Source: an uncultured Gammaproteobacteria bacterium | GTDB taxonomy: Bacteria > Pseudomonadota > Gammaproteobacteria > Steroidobacterales > Steroidobacteraceae | Direction: 5' to 3' | Assembly: GCA_963778185.1 (NCBI GenBank) | Contig: CAVZTF010000005.1 | Coordinates: forward strand, 16,227-80,226 | DNA length: 64,000 bases | In this document: piece after piece, positions 32,519-40,635 of the stretch | How positions within the stretch are numbered: position 1 is the stretch's first letter | Layout of the letters: each line of letters starts with the position of its first letter | Made by a program: the position numbers and the translations under genes | Notes under the pieces: model-generated | The model's database searches: none | Seen by the model: only the letters and a program-made list of their open reading frames with translations | What the model was told of the DNA's origin: nothing

Positions 32519-33433
32519 TCAACCTTTCGTGTCGGGTGCGATGCGTTGATCGGCTGAGTCGGCCGTAGACGTCCCATTGCCGTCTTGCATTGTGCCGCCC
32601 TGGACATCGATCAGGGCGCCTTCGTAGTAAAAGACGCCAATCCCGACGCGTGGCCCCTGCTCGCCCGAATCAGTTAATGGCTGCTCGTGCGAGCTTAGCC
32701 AATCATCCATCGTGTGCAGAAAATCGGCCGCGCGAACACGCGCAAGTTGCCTAAACAGAGGCACAGCAGCGGGTATCAAAGTGTCGGAGTAAGCCAGGCG
32801 TTGAATAAACGGGTCCTGCTTAGCTGGGCCAGTGTTGTGAGCCAACCCTTCTAGCACCGGCGCAATGATGTGCGCTAACCCAACGACTAAGTCCTCGCCA
32901 ACATCGGCGGGAATGAAGTAACGGCGCAAAGGGACAAGACTGCCGTCAGACATCTCATCGATCGCTTTTGCAGCAAGCAGTTCAGCTCTTACCGCTCCAG
33001 GGGGAACGTCGCCTCCGGCCAGTCTAACTAGCGCGGTGAACGATTCTGACTCACCTGAAACCGGCAGCGTTCTTGGTCGCCCCTCAGGATCGACAAAGGC
33101 CTGATCGACATGCCAGAGCTGAAGCACGCGAGCCGCGTGACTACTTTGCAGTGAAGCGGCGATGGTCGAATCGTCGGCCGCCGCTGCTGCCAGTAATTGC
33201 TTCTTGATTCGCGCGACCTCTTTGCGTGACAGCCCGGTCCTGATCGCCACCCTAGATGTATTCTTTACACGACCTCGATGGTCCCTGTCTCCAAGCGCCT
33301 CTTGCACGAATGCAAGTTTCGCAACTTCGGAGAACTGCTTGTAACCGATGCCAGATCGCAGTAGCACACGTGCGAGCGGACGTAGGCACGAGCCAAGGGC
33401 GGAAAGCACGCGCACTTGCAGCGCATTGTTCAT
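32519..33433 (-). CDS. Uncharacterised protein, island paralogue B
   Basis: 304 aa. It shares with paralogue A: L.PL.R.LLR.G..Y..FS; SR.AI.TGL.R.EV.RI; ARVLQ.W..D; SF..LV...GDV.P.A...ELL; DDWL..HE; R.G.G.F. It is convergent with the repeat gene. Confidence 0.75.
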   Translation of the reverse strand: MNNALQVRVLSALGSCLRPLARVLLRSGIGYKQFSEVAKLAFVQEALGDRDHRGRVKNTSRVAIRTGLSRKEVARIKKQLLAAAAADDSTIAASLQSSHAARVLQLWHVDQAFVDPEGRPRTLPVSGESESFTALVRLAGGDVPPGAVRAELLAAKAIDEMSDGSLVPLRRYFIPADVGEDLVVGLAHIIAPVLEGLAHNTGPAKQDPFIQRLAYSDTLIPAAVPLFRQLARVRAADFLHTMDDWLSSHEQPLTDSGEQGPRVGIGVFYYEGALIDVQGGTMQDGNGTSTADSADQRIAPDTKG

Positions 33434-33502
33434 TGGTCACCGATCAAAAGTGTGGCGGCACGTTGGCCCGCGGCCAGGCGTCGGCCGTAGAAATTCGGCG
33501 CG

Positions 33503-34057
33503 TCAATCGACCTGAAGGAAGGTCCGTTTGTAATGCTCCAGCTCCTTGATCGACTCGCGGATGTCGTCCAGGGCCAGGTGAGTCGACTGTTTCTGTACTC
33601 CGGCCAGCACGGCGGGCGCCCAGCGCCGGGCGAGTTCCTTGACCGTGCTGACGTCGAGATTTCGGTAGTGAAAGAACTTCTCCAGGTCCGGCATCTCCCG
33701 CGCAAGGAAGCGCCGGTCCTGGCAGATGCTATTGCCGCACATCGGCGACGCGCCGGCCACCACGTGCTGCGCAAGGAATTCCAGCGTCTGGGACTCGGCC
33801 GAGGCGGCGTCCACGGTGCTCGCGCGTACGCGCTCGAGCAGTCCGGACGACCCGTGGGTGGTGCGGTTCCACTGGTCCATTTTCGCCAGCACCGCATCCG
33901 GCTGGTGCACGGCGAGGACCGGCCCCTCGGCCACCAGGTTCAGGGAGGCATCGGTGACGATGGTGGCGATTTCGATGATGTGGTCTCGCAGGGGATCGAG
34001 CCCCGTCATCTCGAGGTCGATCCAGATCAGATTGTCCGCGCTAGCCACCCTGTCCAC
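33503..34057 (-). CDS. orn: Oligoribonuclease
   Basis: [28 protein letters not shown]...[11 protein letters not shown]...[13 protein letters not shown]...[10 protein letters not shown]. Confidence 0.95.
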   Translation of the reverse strand: MDRVASADNLIWIDLEMTGLDPLRDHIIEIATIVTDASLNLVAEGPVLAVHQPDAVLAKMDQWNRTTHGSSGLLERVRASTVDAASAESQTLEFLAQHVVAGASPMCGNSICQDRRFLAREMPDLEKFFHYRNLDVSTVKELARRWAPAVLAGVQKQSTHLALDDIRESIKELEHYKRTFLQVD

Positions 34058-34138
34058 GCGCCCAGACCCCCCGCAGGCTGATTGTCCCCCATTCTAGCAA
34101 AGGCTAAGCTGCGCCCCGCTCCGCCTACCCCGTGCACG

Positions 34139-35384
34139 ATGCATCCATTCACCTCCGTCTTCATCGCCGCGCTTGCCGCGCACGTCGCTGTCCAGCTCTG
34201 GCTGGCCCGGCGCCAGGCCACGTTCGTGGATCGACACCGCCACGCCGTTCCGACCGGGTTCGCGTCGGCCGTCAGCCCGGAAGAGCACTCCAAGGCGGCA
34301 GCGTACACGGTGGCCACGCCAGCGTTTCGGCATGGTTGAGACGGTCATCGATGCCCTCCTGCTGCTGTGGCTCACGCTCGGCGGCGGCATCGCACTCGTA
34401 GGCGAGGCGATCGCGCGTCTCGGCGTGGCTTCGATCCCGGCGGGCACGCTGCACGTGCTGGGTGTGTTCGCGGTACTGGCCGTGCTGTCGATGCCGTTCA
34501 GCCTCTATCGGACGTTCGTGCTCGAAGAGCGGTTTGGATTCAATCGCACGCGTCCCGCCGTGTTCGTCGCCGACACCCTGAAGTCGTGGGGACTTGGCCT
34601 GCTGCTGGGCGGCGCGGTCGTCGCCGGCGTGCTGTGGATCATGGCGACAGCGGGCCGCTCCTGGTGGCTGGTCGGCTGGCTCGCGTGGCTCGGGTTCGCG
34701 CTGCTGGTCACGTGGGCCTGGCCGCGGATCTTCGCGCCGCTGTTCAACAAGTTCTCGCCGCTCGAGGACCCGTCGCTGCGCGAGCGGATCGAAGCCCTGC
34801 TCGAGCGCTGCGACTTCCACGCGAAGTCCATCTTCGTGATGGACGGGTCGCGCCGCTCCTCGCACGGCAACGCCTATTTCACCGGCCTCGGCCGCGAGAA
34901 GCGCATCGTGTTCTTCGACACCCTGCTGTCCTCGCTGACGCCGGCGCAGGTCGAGTCGGTGCTGGCCCACGAGCTGGCGCATTTCCGCCTGCGGCACGTC
35001 CCCCAGCGACTGGTGGTCGGCGCGCTGACGAGCCTGGCCGGATTCGCACTGCTGGGCTGGCTGGCGCTGCAACCCTGGTTCTACTCCGCGCTCGGCGTGC
35101 CGCAGGGCAGCAGCGCGGCCGCGCTGTTGCTGTTCGTCCTGGTCACGCCGGCCTTCACGTGGGTGGTCGCGCCCGTACTCGCGGCGTGGTCGCGCCGCCA
35201 CGAGTACGAGGCCGATGCCTTCGCCGCCCGGCACAGCGACGCGCAGTCGCTCGCCGACGCGCTGGTGCGGCTCTACAAGGACAACGCGAACACGCTCACG
35301 CCCGATCCGCTCTACTCCGCGTTCTACGACTCGCACCCGCCCCCGGCCGCACGCATCGCGCGCCTGCAAGCCGTGCAGCCGTGA
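34139..35384 (+). CDS. M48-family (Ste24-type) zinc metallopeptidase; one frame break near 34322
   Basis: MHPFTSVFIAALAAHVAVQLWLARRQ..., then RFGMVETVIDALLLLW...GNAYFTGLG...HELAHFRLRH...EYEADAFA. Confidence 0.85.
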
Positions 35385-36292
35385 CCGGCGGAACCGTCAC
35401 CGGCTGCGTCATCGAGTCCTACGGCCGCCGGGTGGTCGTCGCGCCGGCCGGCGGCGAATCCGTGGCCTGCAAGCTGCACGGCCGGAAGCTCGAGGTCGTG
35501 GCCGGCGACGAGGTGCGCATCGAAGAGCGGCCGGGCGGCGACGACTGGACGGTGGTCGAGCGGCTGCCGCGCCGCAACGTGTTGAGCCGCAGCGACAGCC
35601 GAGGCCTCGAGGAATCCATCGCGGCGAACCTCGACCAGCTGGGCGTGGTCGTGGCCCCGGAGCCCGCCTGCGATCCCTTCATCGTGGATCGCTACGTCGC
35701 CGGCGCCTGCTACGCGGGCATCGCGCCGATCCTGATCCTCAACAAGCTGGACCTGCCCGGGGGCGCGGGCGACCTTTCCTTCACCGAGCCCCTGCGCAAG
35801 CTCGGCATGCCCGTGTACGTCGTCTCGGCCCGCACGGGCTCCGGGCTGCCGGAGCTCGTCGAGGGCCTGCGCGGCCGCCGCAGCCTCCTGGCCGGACAGT
35901 CCGGCGTCGGGAAGTCCTCGCTGCTGAACGCCCTGGCGGGCGATGCCCTGCGCGCGACGGGCCACCTCTCGGCCGGCTCCGGTGAAGGCCGCCACACCAC
36001 GGTATCCTCCGCGGTCCTGCGCCTGCCGTGGGGCGAGCTCGCGGACTCTCCCGGCGTCCGGGACTACGCCCCGCCCGTCGTTCCCCTGCGGGACGTCCAG
36101 CACGGCTACGCGGAGATCACAGCGCTGTCCGGAGGTTGCCGCTTCCCGGACTGCCTGCACCTGCGCGAGCCCCAGTGCGCCGTCCAGGCCGCGGTCGCGG
36201 GTGGAGCGATCGACGCGCGCCGCTACGAAAGCTATCGCCGGCTCCTCAACCTCACCCGCCAGCTCGACGAAAAGCGCGGCTGGCGGGGTTAG
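35381..36292 (+). CDS. rsgA: Ribosome small-subunit-dependent GTPase A
   Basis: ILILNKLDL...LAGQSGVGKSSLLNAL...GRHTT...C.FPDCLHLREPQCAV. The GTG start overlaps the M48 stop. Confidence 0.9.
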   Translation: MTGGTVTGCVIESYGRRVVVAPAGGESVACKLHGRKLEVVAGDEVRIEERPGGDDWTVVERLPRRNVLSRSDSRGLEESIAANLDQLGVVVAPEPACDPFIVDRYVAGACYAGIAPILILNKLDLPGGAGDLSFTEPLRKLGMPVYVVSARTGSGLPELVEGLRGRRSLLAGQSGVGKSSLLNALAGDALRATGHLSAGSGEGRHTTVSSAVLRLPWGELADSPGVRDYAPPVVPLRDVQHGYAEITALSGGCRFPDCLHLREPQCAVQAAVAGGAIDARRYESYRRLLNLTRQLDEKRGWRG

Positions 36293-36364
36293 CCCCGGAT
36301 GGATTTCGGGCTGGTATGATGCTGCACTGCAAAGCAGTCGTTGAAAGTTAGAGGAGTGAGCCGC

Positions 36365-37114
36365 GTGCGCAGAATCATGGTGGGCGTCAAACGGGTGGTG
36401 GACTACAACGTCCGGGTCCGTGTGAAGCCGGACAATTCCGGGGTCGTCACGGACGGGGTCAAGATGAGCATCAACCCCTTCGACGAGATTGCGCTCGAGG
36501 AAGCGCTGCGCATCAAGGAACGCGGCCTGGCCGACGAGGTGCTGGCCGTCAGCATCGGCCCCGCCGACACGCAGCAGCAGCTCAGGACGGCACTCGCCAT
36601 GGGCGCGGACCGCGCCATCCTCGTCCAGACGGACGCGGCGGTCGCGCCGCTGTCGGTCGCGAAGATATTCCTGAAGCTCGCGGAGAAGGAGCAGCCGCAG
36701 CTGGTCCTGCTCGGCAAGCAGGCCATCGACGACGACAACGGCCAGACCGCCCAGATGGTCGCCGCGCTGTGGGATCGTCCCCAGGCCGTCTCCTGCTCCA
36801 AGGTTGAAATCGCCGACGGCAAGGCCACCGTGACGCGCGAGGTCGATGCGGGCCTCGAGACGCTCGAGATCGACCTGCCCGCCGTGCTGAGCGTGGACCT
36901 GCGCCTGAACGAGCCGCGCTACGTGAAGCTGCCCGACATCATGAAGGCGAAGAAGAAGCCGCTCGACACGATGAGCCTCGGCGACTTCGGCGTCGAGGGC
37001 GCGCCGGCGTTCACGACCGTCAAGGTCGAGCCGCCGCCGCAGCGGCAGAAGGGCGTCATGGTGAAGGACGTGGCCGAGCTCGTGGACGCGCTCAAGAAGA
37101 AGGGGTTGGTGTGA
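36365..37114 (+). CDS. etfB: Electron transfer flavoprotein subunit beta
   Basis: RRIMVGVKRVVDYNVRVRVKPDNSGV...MSINPFDEIALEEALRIKE... I prefer the GTG at 36365 because it is 8 nt after GAGGAG; the ATG at 36377 is the alternative. Confidence 0.9.
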   Translation: MRRIMVGVKRVVDYNVRVRVKPDNSGVVTDGVKMSINPFDEIALEEALRIKERGLADEVLAVSIGPADTQQQLRTALAMGADRAILVQTDAAVAPLSVAKIFLKLAEKEQPQLVLLGKQAIDDDNGQTAQMVAALWDRPQAVSCSKVEIADGKATVTREVDAGLETLEIDLPAVLSVDLRLNEPRYVKLPDIMKAKKKPLDTMSLGDFGVEGAPAFTTVKVEPPPQRQKGVMVKDVAELVDALKKKGLV

Positions 37115-38058
37115 TGAGCAGGATACTGATCGTTGCGGAACATGACGGCGCGAAGCTCAATCCCAGCACCGCCAAGTGCGTGGCCTGCGCCGCGAAGGTC
37201 CCAGGCGCCGCCATCGACGTGCTGGTGCTCGCGGCGGACGCTGCGGCGGTGGCCGCGCAGGCGGCGACGATCGCCGGCGTCGCCAGGGTGATCGCGGTGG
37301 CGAACCCGGCCAACGCCGAGCCGCTCGCGGCCATCCAGGCCCCGCAGGTGGCCAGGCTCGCCGCGGACTACACCCACGTGTTCGGGCCGTCGACCACCTT
37401 CGGCAAGGACCTGATGCCGCGCGTGGCCGCCCTGCTCGGGGTGAGCCAGATCACGGACATCATGGCGGTCGAGGGCCCGCACCGCTTCAAGCGCCTCATC
37501 TACGCAGGCAATGCGGTGCTGACGGTCGACGCACCGGCCGACGCCAAGGTCGTCGCCACGGTGCGCGTCGCCTCTTTCGAAGCCGCCGCGCAGGGCGGCA
37601 GCGCCCCCGTGGAAAAAGCGGATCCCGGCGTGGCGCTTCCGACGCACACGCGGTTCGTCTCCCGGTCCAGCGCCACGACGGGACGTCCCGACCTGCAGAC
37701 CGCCTCCAGGGTCGTCTCGGGCGGGCGGGCGCTCGGCAGCGCCGACGGCTTCAAGCTCGTCTACAGCCTCGCCGACAGGATCGGCGCCGCCGTCGGCGCC
37801 TCGCGCGCGGCGGTCGACGCGGGTTACGTGCCGAACGACCTGCAGGTCGGCCAGACCGGCAAGATCATCGCGCCCGAGCTCTACATCGCGATCGGCATCT
37901 CGGGCGCGATCCAGCACATGACCGGCATCAAGGACGCGCGCACGATCGTCGCGATCAACAAGGACGGCGAGGCGCCGATCTTCGAGGCGGCCGACATCGG
38001 CCTCGTCGGCGACCTGTTCACCCTCGTTCCGGAGCTCGAGAAGCAACTGGGCGGATGA
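37114..38058 (+). CDS. etfA: Electron transfer flavoprotein subunit alpha
   Basis: MSRILIVAEHDGAKLNPSTAK...GGRALGS...ASRAAVDAGYVPNDLQVGQTGKIIAPELYIAIGISGAIQH. Confidence 0.93.
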   Translation: MSRILIVAEHDGAKLNPSTAKCVACAAKVPGAAIDVLVLAADAAAVAAQAATIAGVARVIAVANPANAEPLAAIQAPQVARLAADYTHVFGPSTTFGKDLMPRVAALLGVSQITDIMAVEGPHRFKRLIYAGNAVLTVDAPADAKVVATVRVASFEAAAQGGSAPVEKADPGVALPTHTRFVSRSSATTGRPDLQTASRVVSGGRALGSADGFKLVYSLADRIGAAVGASRAAVDAGYVPNDLQVGQTGKIIAPELYIAIGISGAIQHMTGIKDARTIVAINKDGEAPIFEAADIGLVGDLFTLVPELEKQLGG

Positions 38059-39668
38059 CAGCAGTCCTCAAGGGGTTCATCGACGTTCCCCACGGCCAGG
38101 TCCACTTCCGCTACGGCGGGAGTGGACCGCCGGTCGTCCTGCTGCACGACTCGCCCCGCTCCTCCGTCCAGCACGTGCCGACGATCGACTGGCTCGGCGA
38201 GCACTTCACGGTCATCGCCCTCGATACGCCCGGCTGCGGCAACTCCACGCCCTTGCCTGGGTCCCGACCGGCCATCGCCGACTTCTCGGCCGCGCTCGCA
38301 GCCACGCTGGAGGCCCTCGGCATCGAGCGCTGCGCAATTTACGGCGTGGACACCGGCGCCTGCATCGCCCTGCAGTTCGCAGCCGATCACCCCGAGCGCG
38401 CCGCCCTCACCGTCCTCGACGGCCTGCCGTCGCAGGAGGTCCCAGCCGGCGACGACCACCTCGATCGATGCCTGCCGCGCCTCGAGGCCACGGCGGACGG
38501 AGCGCACCTCGCCCGCGCATGGAGCCAGGTCCTCGACACTCACCGCTACCTCCCCTGGTTCCAGCGCTCGGCCGGGACGCGCCTGCAGGCGACGTTGCCG
38601 GACGACCTGCAACTGCACGAGTACGCCACGGACTTCTTCATGGCGGAGCCTGGCTCGGGCAGCGCCTGCCGGGCTGCGCTCGCGTACGAGCAGGCGCCTG
38701 CCCTCGCCCGACTTCGCACGCCCACGGTGTCCCTGTCGCGTGCGGCCTTGGATGTCGGCGCGTGGCGCGTGCGCCTGCTGCAGCTGTTGCGTGACGCCGG
38801 GCTGCCGCCCATGCGACGGCCTTCTCTGCCGGCCTCCACGGCCGGGGCCGCGCAGGCCGAGAGGCAGCGCTACGTGGATCTCGTGTACGGCCAGATACGC
38901 ATCCGGACGCGGGGCTCGGCGGGACCAGGGGCTGTCCCCACGCTGCTGATCCACGATGCTCCAGGCTCGTCCGTGGAGATGCGGGCGCTGGCCGATCGCC
39001 TGTCGCAGGACCGCGTGACGATCGCGCCGGACCTTCCAGGGCTCGGGGAATCGACGCCACTGCTCTACCCGAGCCTCGGCTCGTACGTCAGTGCCTTGAG
39101 CGAGGCGCTGGACGCGCTGCAGGTGCCGGTCGTGGACGTCGTCGCCCAGGGCCTGGGCACGGCGTTCGCCATCGCGCTCGCCGCGAATCGGCCGGCACAG
39201 GTTCGACGCCTGGCCCTGGACGCGGTGCCCTGGATCCGAAACCGTGAACGCGGGCTATTCAGGCGGCAGTACTGTCCCGGGCTGCAGCAGGACCGTCACG
39301 GCGCGTACCTGCAGGCGATCTGGGGCCAGTTGCAGGATGCCGAGGTGAGCTGGCCGTGGTTCGACCGCAGTCCTGCCGCGGCGCGAGTACGGGACCCCGA
39401 CACGGACGCCGGACAGCGCCACGCCGTGCTGGTGGACGTCATGAAGCAACTGCCCAGCTACGGCGATGCGGCGCGTGCGGCGCTGGAAGCCGCCCTGCGG
39501 GAAATTCTGCCGGGCGTCCGGCAGCCGGTCTTGCTGCTGAACGACTCGCGCGATGTGCGCTACCGGGGCACTGGACGCGTGCTCAGGAGACTGCCGGACG
39601 CGCGGCAAGCGCCTCGCCCGGCGAGCGTCGCGGAACGCTCGGCCGTGATCCGCGACTTCCTGGCTTGA
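38055..39668 (+). CDS. Tandem double alpha/beta-hydrolase-fold protein
   Basis: 537 aa made of two homologous halves: GPPVVLLHDSPRSS...ALDTPGCGNSTP...IYGVDTGACIAL and PTLLIHDAPGSS...APDLPGLGESTP...VVAQGLGTAFAIAL. ATGA overlap with etfA. Confidence 0.7.
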   Translation: MTAVLKGFIDVPHGQVHFRYGGSGPPVVLLHDSPRSSVQHVPTIDWLGEHFTVIALDTPGCGNSTPLPGSRPAIADFSAALAATLEALGIERCAIYGVDTGACIALQFAADHPERAALTVLDGLPSQEVPAGDDHLDRCLPRLEATADGAHLARAWSQVLDTHRYLPWFQRSAGTRLQATLPDDLQLHEYATDFFMAEPGSGSACRAALAYEQAPALARLRTPTVSLSRAALDVGAWRVRLLQLLRDAGLPPMRRPSLPASTAGAAQAERQRYVDLVYGQIRIRTRGSAGPGAVPTLLIHDAPGSSVEMRALADRLSQDRVTIAPDLPGLGESTPLLYPSLGSYVSALSEALDALQVPVVDVVAQGLGTAFAIALAANRPAQVRRLALDAVPWIRNRERGLFRRQYCPGLQQDRHGAYLQAIWGQLQDAEVSWPWFDRSPAAARVRDPDTDAGQRHAVLVDVMKQLPSYGDAARAALEAALREILPGVRQPVLLLNDSRDVRYRGTGRVLRRLPDARQAPRPASVAERSAVIRDFLA

Positions 39669-39683
39669 CCGGCGGCGAGACCG

Positions 39684-40166
39684 TCAGAGCTGGCCGAGGA
39701 CGTGCTCGGCGCTCGAGACCTTGAATTCGCCCGGACCTTCGACGAACAGCCCCTTCACGACGCCGTTGTCGGCGATGATGGCGAAGCGCTTGCCGCGCAG
39801 GCCCATGCCGAAGCCCGTGGCGTCCATCTCGAGGCCGAGCGCCTTCGAGTAATCGCCATTGCCATCGGCGAGCATCGTCACCTTGTCCTCGACGGCCGAG
39901 GCCTTGCCCCAGGCCTTCATGACGAAGACGTCGTTCACGGCCATGCACGCGACCGTGTCGACGCCCTTGGCCTTGAAGTCGGCGGCGTGCTGGATGAAGC
40001 CCGGCAGGTGCCGTGCATCGCAGGTGGGGGTAAACGCGCCCGGCACCGAGAACAGCACCACCTTCTTGCCGGTGAACAGCTGCTCGGCCGTGAGCTTCTG
40101 CGGACCGTCCGGGCCCGGGATCGTAAACACGCCCGCAGGCATCTTGTCACCCACCTTGATCGTCAT
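39684..40166 (-). CDS. Peroxiredoxin (Prx5-type)
   Basis: MTIKVGDKMPAGVF...KKVVLFSVPGAFTPTCDARHLPGF...VACMAVNDVFVMKAWG. Confidence 0.9.
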   Translation of the reverse strand: MTIKVGDKMPAGVFTIPGPDGPQKLTAEQLFTGKKVVLFSVPGAFTPTCDARHLPGFIQHAADFKAKGVDTVACMAVNDVFVMKAWGKASAVEDKVTMLADGNGDYSKALGLEMDATGFGMGLRGKRFAIIADNGVVKGLFVEGPGEFKVSSAEHVLGQL

Positions 40167-40204
40167 GGTCGTGGTCCTCCGAGGTCTTGTTCGAGTAAAC
40201 ACCG

Positions 40205-40233
40205 ATTGTACCTGCCGTTCGGAGCCGGCGTCG
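40205..40233 (-). promoter_or_regulatory. Candidate sigma-70 promoter of the peroxiredoxin gene
   Basis: The minus strand has TACAAT (40205-40210), with a weak -35 (CGACGC) 17 nt upstream and a GGAGGA Shine-Dalgarno before the ATG. The -35 abuts palindromic element 1. Confidence 0.35.
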
Positions 40234-40353
40234 CGGCGGGTGCCGGCTGGGGGGTCCTCCGGCGGGACGCCGTGGATCCGTCCTGGAGGCTCCGGGCGCG
40301 CCGTCCATGGCGCGCACGGCCCGCCGGAGGACCCCCCAGCCGGCACCCGCCGC
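40233..40353. repeat. Long palindromic element 1 (34-bp perfect arms, 53-nt core)
   Basis: Arm 40233-40266 is the exact reverse complement of 40320-40353. The core contains its own hairpins: CCGTG/CACGG, and GCGCGCC-GTCCAT-GGCGCGC. Confidence 0.9.
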
Positions 40354-40459
40354 AACGGCCAGCCCGACGGCGAAAGTTACTTGGACAGGCGTTAGCTGCG
40401 CCGATGGCGTTCGCCTTGCACTGCCGCAGCGGAACGCCGTGCGGCCAAAGGCGCGAAGC

Positions 40460-40587
40460 GTTGGCGGGTTCGTCCGGTCGGGGTGATCTCGACGGGCCGT
40501 GCGCGCCATGGACGGCGCGCCCGGAGCCTCCACGGATGGATTCACGGCGTCCCGTCGAGATCACCCCGACCGGACGGACCCGCCAAC
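40460..40587. repeat. Long palindromic element 2 (37-bp arms with 1 mismatch, 54-nt core in inverted orientation)
   Basis: Arm 40460-40496 is the reverse complement of 40551-40587 apart from one T/C difference. The core is the reverse complement of the element 1 core; the distal 35 nt are identical and the rest has 2 substitutions plus 1 indel. Confidence 0.9.
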
Positions 40588-40635
40588 AACGGGACGCGCC
40601 AGCGAACCGCGGCCAGCGCCCACACCGCACGCGAC

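Noticed and set aside
29040-33502. Flanking direct repeats or att sites for the low-GC island.
   Set aside because: The only resemblance was a weak one (GGCCGGAAATC near 29158 versus GGCCGTAGAAATTC near 33484), which is too short and imperfect to support by eye.
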